DNA of 64,000 bases from Deltaproteobacteria bacterium (lineage in GTDB: Bacteria; Desulfobacterota; GWC2-55-46; UBA9637). Location: NCBI GenBank assembly GCA_030690165.1, contig JAUYHF010000007.1, positions 26,722 to 90,721 on the forward strand, read 5' to 3'. Positions 56,819 to 64,000 of the stretch are shown in pieces. Each line of letters starts with the position of its first letter. Position 1 is the first letter of the stretch. The notes beneath the pieces are model-generated. The model did no database searches. It was not told the DNA's origin and saw only the letters and a program-made list of their open reading frames with translations. The position numbers and the translations under genes were made by a program.

Positions 56819-56860
56819 TCGTGGGAAAAGTAAGTGCAAAAAAATGAATGCAAAAAAACA

Positions 56861-56889
56861 TTGACATATTTTAATATATTTGCTAATTT
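56861..56889 (+). promoter_or_regulatory. promoter of the truncated rho copy
   Basis: TTGACA (56861-56866), 17 nt, TAATTT (56884-56889), followed by a ~310-nt C-rich/G-poor leader homologous to 58935-59222. Confidence 0.45.
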
Positions 56890-57202
56890 AAAATAACCAT
56901 TCGGATTGAGACACCCTATATTGATAACTTTTTTCATATCTCATCACTAAACAACCCAAATGCTATTACCTTTAACAATCCCAGAGATAGGTTGAAAATC
57001 AGAGAAAAGACATTTACCGCTTGAAAATTTATTCTAACCTAATAACAACGCCAGCCATAGGCAGGCTATATAAATGGTAACATACCTTACCGTAATCAAA
57101 TCAAATTTGTTTTTAGAGACAGTACGCAGTGAAGCAGTGCGCAGGTTATCTACTGCCTGCAACTCATACGATACTGCTCACTATTAAAAAGAGGAGTGAT
57201 TT

Positions 57203-57934
57203 ATGAATCTTAAAGAACTAAAAGAAAAAAAGATTGGCGAGCTTACATCGCTTGCCAAGCAGTACAATATAGAGGGCGCTGCGAGCATGAGGAAGCAGGA
57301 TATGATCTTTGCGTTGCTTCAGTCACAGTCAGAGCAGAATGGCCTGATATACAGCGAAGGTGTTCTTGAAACCCTGCCGGACGGGTTTGGTTTTTTGAGG
57401 GCGCCTGACTATAACTACCTTCCCGGACCAGACGATATATACATATCCCCATCACAGATCAGAAGGTTTAATCTAAGGACAGGCGATATTGTGTCAGGCC
57501 AGATCAGGCCGCCAAAAGAAGGAGAAAGATATTTTGCCCTTCTCAAGGTAGAAAAGGTAAATTATGAAGACCCTGATGTTGCCAAAGATAAAATACTTTT
57601 TGACAACCTTACACCCTTATATCCTCAGGAAAAAATAAGGCTTGAACTGCCAGGCAAAAAAACAGATCTCTCTATGAGGATAATGGATTTTTTCACGCCA
57701 ATCGGCAAGGGGCAGAGGGGTCTTATTGTATCTCCGCCAAGGGCAGGCAAGACAGTACTTTTACAAAAGATTGCCAACAGCATAACAACCAACCATCCTG
57801 ATGTTGTCCTTATTGTGCTTCTCATTGATGAAAGGCCTGAAGAGGTTACTGATATGCAACGTTCTGTGAAGGGAGAGGTTATAAGTTCCACCTTTGATGA
57901 GCCTGCGCAGAGACACGTCCAGATGAGGTTATGA
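57203..57934 (+). pseudogene. rho: 5'-terminal rho fragment (codons 1-240 of Rho plus 3 unrelated codons), intact reading frame
   Basis: Collinear with 59223-59944. By hand comparison 39 codons differ, 33 of them synonymous. The last 117 nt (57808-57924) are identical to 59828-59944. It then diverges to MRL-stop. Contains the N-terminal RNA-binding domain and Walker A (PPRAGKT). Confidence 0.85.
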
Positions 57935-58119
57935 GGGACACATCCCATTTATAGGTAAATAGGATAAACAGCCCCAGGGACTTTGAATAGTATTTTGAAA
58001 CAGGCAAAATTAAAGGGAGAGTAAGATAGGCATCCCCCTATTTTTTATTGAAGCCAATTTGAATCGGTAGAAAACGGTCAAACTGAACCAAAATTATTTT
58101 TCTGTGTAAAAGGAGCGAT

Positions 58120-58148
58120 TTGACAATCATATATATGTGATATACAAT
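58120..58148 (+). promoter_or_regulatory. near-consensus promoter of the RHH-PIN cassette within an AT-palindromic tract
   Basis: TTGACA (58120-58125), 17 nt, TACAAT (58143-58148). The surrounding ATATATGTGATATACAATATATACAAATATATAT is a likely RHH operator. Confidence 0.5.
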
Positions 58149-58179
58149 ATATACAAATATATATTCGGGAGGCAGAGAC

Positions 58180-58428
58180 ATGACAACACAAATGATCGTA
58201 AGGATAGATGAAGGGGTCAAAAACAGGCTTAATAGACTTGCAAGGCTTGAAGGCAAGACAACAAGCGAAATGGTCAGGGAACTGATAGAGGAACGTATTA
58301 AAGAACGCGATATCGGCGCATACGTTGATGACCTGTGGAATAGAATCGGCAGGAAATTAAAAGCAAAAGGTGTAACGGCTGCAATAATAGACAAGGCTGT
58401 CAAAGAGGCGCGAAAGAAGCAGGGATGA
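58180..58428 (+). CDS. ribbon-helix-helix (CopG/Arc-type) antitoxin
   Basis: 82 aa; MIVRIDEGVKNRLNRLARLEGKTTSEMVRELIEE. Overlaps the PIN gene by 4 nt (ATGA). Confidence 0.8.
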   Translation: MTTQMIVRIDEGVKNRLNRLARLEGKTTSEMVRELIEERIKERDIGAYVDDLWNRIGRKLKAKGVTAAIIDKAVKEARKKQG

Positions 58429-58841
58429 AGGTTGTCATTGATACGAATATCTTTGTTTCATCCTTTTTCGGAGGCAACCCGAAGAAGATTATAGACCTGT
58501 GGAAGAAAGAGAAAATAACCCTTTGTCTGTCTCATGCTGTCCTTGATGAATATATAGATGTTCTTCAAAGAATCGGGTTGACGGACGAAGCGGAGCTTGA
58601 AGAGTTATTATCCCTTTTTTCAAGGGGCTTTAATATCTTGTTTACCGCAAAAACTCCAAAAATAAAGATTGTCAAAAATGACCCTGATGATGATAAGTTT
58701 ATTGAATGCGCTGCAGCGCTAAAGGCAGATGCTATTATAACAGGAGATAAGAAAGTCCTTGCTGTAAAGGAATACATGGGTATCAGGATATTAACGTCTC
58801 AGCAGTTTTTGGAAATCCATGACAATTTTGAGAAAAAATGA
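58425..58841 (+). CDS. PIN-domain toxin (VapC-like, TIGR00305-type)
   Basis: MKVVIDTNIFVSSFFGG..., ..DPDDDKFIECA.., ..IITGDK.. acidic residues of the PIN fold. Confidence 0.8.
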   Translation: MKVVIDTNIFVSSFFGGNPKKIIDLWKKEKITLCLSHAVLDEYIDVLQRIGLTDEAELEELLSLFSRGFNILFTAKTPKIKIVKNDPDDDKFIECAAALKADAIITGDKKVLAVKEYMGIRILTSQQFLEIHDNFEKK

Positions 58842-58904
58842 TTCTTTGCAATGAAGTATAATGGGCCGTCTGCAGGTTGGTTAAGAACCCCTGCAAAAAA
58901 ACTA

Positions 58905-58934
58905 TTGACAGGTTTTAACAAATCGTGCTATTTT
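58905..58934 (+). promoter_or_regulatory. promoter of full-length rho
   Basis: TTGACA (58905-58910), 18 nt, TATTTT (58929-58934), then a ~290-nt C-rich leader. Confidence 0.45.
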
Positions 58935-59222
58935 AAGACTACCTTTCAGAGCAATACACCTGAATATAATTTTTTTATATCTCATCATTATACAATCCAA
59001 ATGGATTTACCTTTAATAACCCCATAGACAGATTGAAAAACAGAGAGAAAATATTTGCCGCTTGAAAGATATCCTAACCCAATAACATTGCTCACCATAC
59101 ACGGACATACAATGGCATCATCTTGCTGCACAATCAATCGCAGGCGCTTAATTTATGATTTTTAGACATGATAAGTCTGACTTATCAGGACAAACAATCA
59201 ATTATTTAAAGAGGAGTGATTT

Positions 59223-60476
59223 ATGAATCTTAAAGAACTAAAAGAACAAAAAATCGGCGAGCTTACATCACTTGCCAAGAAATACAATATAGAAGGCGCT
59301 GCGAGCATGAGGAAGCAGGATATTATCTTTGCGCTGCTTCAGTCGCAGTCAGAGCAGAATGGCCTCATATACAGTGAAGGCGTTCTCGAAACCCTGCCGG
59401 ACGGGTTTGGTTTTTTGAGGGCGCCTGATTATAACTACCTTCCTGGACCAGACGATATATATATCTCTCCATCACAGATCAGAAGGTTTAATCTAAGGAC
59501 AGGCGACATTGTATCAGGCCAGATTAGGCCGCCAAAGGAAGGAGAAAGATATTTTGCCCTTCTCAAAGTAGAAAAGGTAAATTATGAAGACCCTGATGTT
59601 GCCAAAGACAAAATACTTTTTGACAACCTTACACCTTTATATCCTCAGGAAAAAATAAGGCTTGAACTGCCCGGCAAAAAAACAGATCTCTCCATGAGGA
59701 TAATGGATTTTTTCACGCCAATTGGCAAAGGGCAGAGAGGTCTTATTGTATCTCCGCCAAGGGCAGGCAAAACAGTCCTTCTCCAGAAGCTCGCCAATAG
59801 CATAACAACCAACCATCCGGAAGTTATCCTTATTGTGCTTCTCATTGATGAAAGGCCTGAAGAGGTTACTGATATGCAACGTTCTGTGAAGGGAGAGGTT
59901 ATAAGTTCCACCTTTGATGAGCCTGCGCAGAGACACGTCCAGATTGCGGAAATGGTGATAGAAAAGGCCAAGAGGCTTGTTGAGCATCAACGGGATGTTG
60001 TTATTCTGCTGGATTCCATCACAAGGCTTGCCAGGGCGTATAATACTGTTGTGCCGCCGAGCGGCAAGGTGCTTTCCGGCGGTGTGGATTCAAATGCTCT
60101 GCATAAGCCAAAGAGATTCTTTGGCGCAGCAAGGAATATTGAGGAAGGGGGAAGCCTTACCATTGTTGCAACAGCATTGATTGAGACAGGGAGCAGAATG
60201 GACGAGGTTATATTTGAAGAGTTTAAAGGCACAGGCAACATGGAAATAGTCCTTGATAGAAAATTGTCGGAAAGGCGCATCTTTCCTGCTATTGATATTA
60301 ACAGGTCAGGTACAAGGAAGGAAGACCTTCTCCTTACAAAAGAGGAGTTGAATCGCATATGGATATTAAGAAAGGTGCTTCAACCGCTCAACCCTGTGGA
60401 GAGTATGGAATTCCTATTGGATAAGATACAAAGCACGGATACAAACAAAGACTTTCTTAAATTAATGAGTAAGTAG
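59223..60476 (+). CDS. rho: transcription termination factor Rho
   Basis: 417 aa; N-terminal RNA-binding domain, Walker [19 protein letters not shown]- and R-loops ([23 protein letters not shown]). Confidence 0.97.
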   Translation: MNLKELKEQKIGELTSLAKKYNIEGAASMRKQDIIFALLQSQSEQNGLIYSEGVLETLPDGFGFLRAPDYNYLPGPDDIYISPSQIRRFNLRTGDIVSGQIRPPKEGERYFALLKVEKVNYEDPDVAKDKILFDNLTPLYPQEKIRLELPGKKTDLSMRIMDFFTPIGKGQRGLIVSPPRAGKTVLLQKLANSITTNHPEVILIVLLIDERPEEVTDMQRSVKGEVISSTFDEPAQRHVQIAEMVIEKAKRLVEHQRDVVILLDSITRLARAYNTVVPPSGKVLSGGVDSNALHKPKRFFGAARNIEEGGSLTIVATALIETGSRMDEVIFEEFKGTGNMEIVLDRKLSERRIFPAIDINRSGTRKEDLLLTKEELNRIWILRKVLQPLNPVESMEFLLDKIQSTDTNKDFLKLMSK

Positions 60477-60535
60477 CAGGGGCTATAATTGCTTTCAAGA
60501 TGTTTGCCGGCAAAGGCTGTTGGAGGTATTTAAAA

Positions 60536-60736
60536 ATGAAAGAAAAAATTGTTAGGATAGATAAAGGTAAAGAAGGGGTGGTCTTGCCGGAGGATTATCT
60601 CAGATATCTTGAACTGATACCCGGCGCGGATGTAGAGCTTGCCCTTGACAAGAAAAAAAATTGGATAATCATCAGGCCCCTGCATGGGGAGGATTTTGTG
60701 GAGCACTTTAAAACAACAATGGGGGCAATGGCATAA
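60536..60736 (+). CDS. AbrB/MazE/SpoVT-type DNA-binding (antitoxin-like) protein, no partner toxin
   Basis: MKEKIVRIDKGKEGVVLPEDYLRYLELIPGADVELALDKKKNWIIIRP swapped-hairpin pattern; GGAGG RBS. Confidence 0.6.
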   Translation: MKEKIVRIDKGKEGVVLPEDYLRYLELIPGADVELALDKKKNWIIIRPLHGEDFVEHFKTTMGAMA

Positions 60737-60817
60737 TCTATCATAAGTATAATTGCAAAGTTAAGATTGTAAACTCATCTTCTTCTGTTTTAAAATTTTC
60801 AATTCAATCTTAAAAAT

Positions 60818-60901
<84 letters not shown>

Positions 60902-60968
60902 ATGCTATGTTTCAACATAGCGTATTAGAAAACTAACATAAAGAAGCGAAGCAAATCAAGAACCACTA

Positions 60969-61319
60969 TTATTTAGGCGCTGCGCCTGACGTATCCTGCG
61001 GTGTGTTAGAGGCTGGCTGCTGTTTTTCTGGAGTTGGCTGAGCCTCATGTTTTACTGCGGGGATATCCTTCATAATAGAGCTTGTTGTTCTGGCGCCGGC
61101 CATGTAAGTAAGATAAAGGGATGTTATCATAAAGATAATTGCGCATCCCGCTGTAATCTTGCTTAGAAATGTAGCCGGCCCGGCGCTTCCGAAAAGGGTC
61201 TGACTTGATGAGCCGCCAAAGGCTGCCCCGACACTTGCCCCTTTTCCTGCCTGCAGTAAAACAACTATTATCAGAAATATACTGACAAGGATATGAAGGA
61301 TTATTGCTGTTGTGTACAT
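60969..61319 (-). CDS. secG: preprotein translocase subunit SecG
   Basis: 116 aa; ILHILVSIFLIIVVLLQAGKGASVGAAFGGSSSQTLFGS. Confidence 0.92.
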   Translation of the reverse strand: MYTTAIILHILVSIFLIIVVLLQAGKGASVGAAFGGSSSQTLFGSAGPATFLSKITAGCAIIFMITSLYLTYMAGARTTSSIMKDIPAVKHEAQPTPEKQQPASNTPQDTSGAAPK

Positions 61320-61380
61320 TTATTTACTACCTCCTATAAATAAAGGCTATAGGCGCGAGGCTATGGGCTGCTCCTCTCAT

Positions 61381-62145
61381 CTATTGCCTGTTTTTTTCAA
61401 ATCTTACAATCCTTGAAAATGCCTCTGGCTTGAGGCTTGCCCCGCCTACCAATGCGCCGTCTATATTCGGCTGGGCCATTAAGCTGTCAATATTATCAGG
61501 CTTAACACTTCCGCCGTATATAATCCTTGTTTCTTTAACTGCCTCAAGATTGAACATCTCATATAAAAACTCTCTTATTGAATTGTGAACCTCTTCCGCC
61601 TGCTCCGAAGTGGCTGTCTTACCTGTGCCTATTGCCCATACTGGTTCATATGCTATCGTAACATCTTTCATCAGACCCCGGCTTATATTTTTCAAGCCTT
61701 CTTCCACCTGTTTTCTTACTATTGAAAGCGTCTTGTTATTTTCTCTTTGCTCCAGAGTTTCTCCGACACAGAGTATCGGCTGCAAGCCTTCTTTTAATGA
61801 GGCGAGAACCTTTTTATTTACGGACTCGTCCGTCTCGTTAAAATACTGTCTTCTTTCAGAATGGCCTATTATAACATACTTGCAGCCAACATCCTTCAAC
61901 ATCTCCGGCGATACCTCGCCTGTGTAAGCCCCATTCTTTTCCCAGAATACATCCTGGCCGCAGAGCCTTATTGAGGTTTCTGCCAGGAGATAATTTATAT
62001 GGCGCAGCGCTGTAAACGGCGGGGCGATTGCCACCTCTACGTTGTTTACGCCTTTAATCGCCTCTCTTATTGCAAAGACCAGAGACTCAGCCTGGCTGAT
62101 GGTCATGTGCATCTTCCAGTTTCCTGCTATGAGAGGTAGTGGCAT
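61381..62145 (-). CDS. tpiA: triose-phosphate isomerase
   Basis: IAGNWKMH, IIGHSERR, AYEPVWAIGTG, YGGSV. Confidence 0.97.
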   Translation of the reverse strand: MPLPLIAGNWKMHMTISQAESLVFAIREAIKGVNNVEVAIAPPFTALRHINYLLAETSIRLCGQDVFWEKNGAYTGEVSPEMLKDVGCKYVIIGHSERRQYFNETDESVNKKVLASLKEGLQPILCVGETLEQRENNKTLSIVRKQVEEGLKNISRGLMKDVTIAYEPVWAIGTGKTATSEQAEEVHNSIREFLYEMFNLEAVKETRIIYGGSVKPDNIDSLMAQPNIDGALVGGASLKPEAFSRIVRFEKNRQ

Positions 62146-62151
62146 AATTTT

Positions 62152-63375
62152 TTAAACTGCTTTTGCAACCCTGTTATTTTTTTTATAATGTCTTAATGCT
62201 GCAATCCCTGGCAGGTCCTTGCCTTCCAAAAGCTCCAGAAATGCCCCACCGCCGGTTGAGAGATACGACATCTTTGCGTATTCGCCTGCCCTGTGAATGG
62301 CAACATCTGTATCACCGCCGCCCACAATAGTAAGGGCATATGTGTTTGCAACATTTGTCACCATCTGGAAAGTGCCGCGGCTGAAGGCATCCATCTCAAA
62401 TACGCCCATTGGGCCGTTCCATATAATTGTCTTTGCGTTCTGTATTGCCTCGCCAAAAAGGGTTGTGGTTGCAGGGCCTATATCCAGGGCCATCCAATCT
62501 TTTGGTATCTCCTGGTATGTTACAACCTTTGTTTCTGCTGAGGGATCAAATTTGTCCGCAACAACAAAATCAACCGGCAGATATAATTTAATATTTTTCT
62601 GCCGCGACTTTTCTATAACAGCCTTTGCGCTTTCCAATGCAGAGTCTTCCGCAAAGGATTTGCCCACCTCATAACCCAGCGCCTTGAAAAATGTCAACGC
62701 CATGCCTCCGCCTACAATGAGCTTATCCACCTTTTCGCACAGGCTTGATAAAACCCCGATCTTGTCAGACACCTTTTTCCCGCCCACAATGGCAATTAAA
62801 GGTCTTATGGGATTTTCCATTGCCTTCTTGAAATAAGTAAGCTCTTTTTTCATCAGGAAGCCTGCGCCGCATACCTTAACATATTTTGTAACCGCCACAT
62901 TTGAGGCATGGGCGCGGTGCATTGTTGCAAATGCGTCGTTTATATAGACATCGGCAATGTTTGCCAGTTTTTTGCCGAACCCGTCGTCGTTCTTTTCTTC
63001 CTCAGGATGAAACCTCAGGTTTTCCAACAGAAGGACATCGCCCCCCTTCATGTTTGCAACCATTTTCTCCACATCGCTTCCCACGCAGTCAGGCGCCATG
63101 ATAACCTCTTTTTCCAAAAGCCTGCCCAGCCTCTTTGCAGCAGGGGCAAGGCTCATTTCCGGAACCCTTTTCCCTTTCGGCCTTCCAAGGTGCGATGCCA
63201 GAATAACCTTTGCACCTTCATCAAGCGCATAATTTATAGTCGGAAGCACCGCCCTTATCCTGGTGTCCTCCGCGATGTTTCCCTTATCATCCAAAGGCAC
63301 ATTAAAATCAACCCGGATGAGAACCCGTTTTTCTTTTATATCAAGGTCGTCTATGAATATTAAATCAAAATCCAC
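62152..63375 (-). CDS. pgk: phosphoglycerate kinase
   Basis: [26 protein letters not shown]. Confidence 0.97.
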   Translation of the reverse strand: MDFDLIFIDDLDIKEKRVLIRVDFNVPLDDKGNIAEDTRIRAVLPTINYALDEGAKVILASHLGRPKGKRVPEMSLAPAAKRLGRLLEKEVIMAPDCVGSDVEKMVANMKGGDVLLLENLRFHPEEEKNDDGFGKKLANIADVYINDAFATMHRAHASNVAVTKYVKVCGAGFLMKKELTYFKKAMENPIRPLIAIVGGKKVSDKIGVLSSLCEKVDKLIVGGGMALTFFKALGYEVGKSFAEDSALESAKAVIEKSRQKNIKLYLPVDFVVADKFDPSAETKVVTYQEIPKDWMALDIGPATTTLFGEAIQNAKTIIWNGPMGVFEMDAFSRGTFQMVTNVANTYALTIVGGGDTDVAIHRAGEYAKMSYLSTGGGAFLELLEGKDLPGIAALRHYKKNNRVAKAV

Positions 63376-63388
63376 GGTCTGCCTCCGT

Positions 63389-64000
<612 letters not shown>

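Overview
64-kb window from a bacterial genome with low-to-mid G+C (about 40-45% by eye, not computed). The style suggests a metagenome-assembled uncultivated lineage.

Conserved core blocks:
- pnp-rpsO-truB-nrnA-rbfA-infB-nusA-rimP (1-8.7 kb, minus strand)
- tkt-gnd-zwf-pgl pentose-phosphate operon (29-34 kb)
- comM (52-53.5 kb)
- rho / tRNA-Leu(GAG) / secG-tpiA-pgk-gap (59-64 kb)

Between these blocks lies a long mosaic of soft-metal and metalloid genes:
- A BlaI/BlaR1-like pair with two identical palindromic operators, in front of cusCBA.
- YHS protein, a frameshifted small membrane gene, an ICMT-family gene, a CopA with tandem YHS/TRASH heads, and a SHOCT protein.
- A mer-like operon (three-Cys MerR, thioredoxin-like protein, MerT, MerP, CopZ-N-like protein) with no merA.
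- A visibly G+C-rich 2.2-kb foreign or chimeric segment (HMA protein, beta-barrel porin, NHL propeller, orphan MerR-type promoter), joined to a 23-codon IS3-transposase stub.
- A cluster of secreted proteins built on KNPC cysteine repeats (cytochrome c, SmbP-like) plus two unlisted Cys-rich mini-ORFs.
- A start-less second copy of the merP 5' end, fused in frame to engB.
- Crp/Fnr regulators with a recurring TGTAA-N6-(T/A)TACA box, a GDCCVxC protein, and an AhpD-like protein.
- A fused ArsS-ArsM polypeptide.
- ExbBD followed by Met-rich and His-rich proteins.

The 53.6-59.2 kb stretch is an accessory island. It carries an IS1202/ISNCY-type IS with a 16-bp target duplication, inserted into a REP hairpin of a RAYT REPtron. 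It also carries a decayed toxin-antitoxin module and an RHH-PIN cassette. That cassette sits between a truncated rho copy (with its own promoter and leader) and the full-length rho.

No rRNA and no CRISPR array were seen. All family assignments come from motif recognition by eye; no database search was run.
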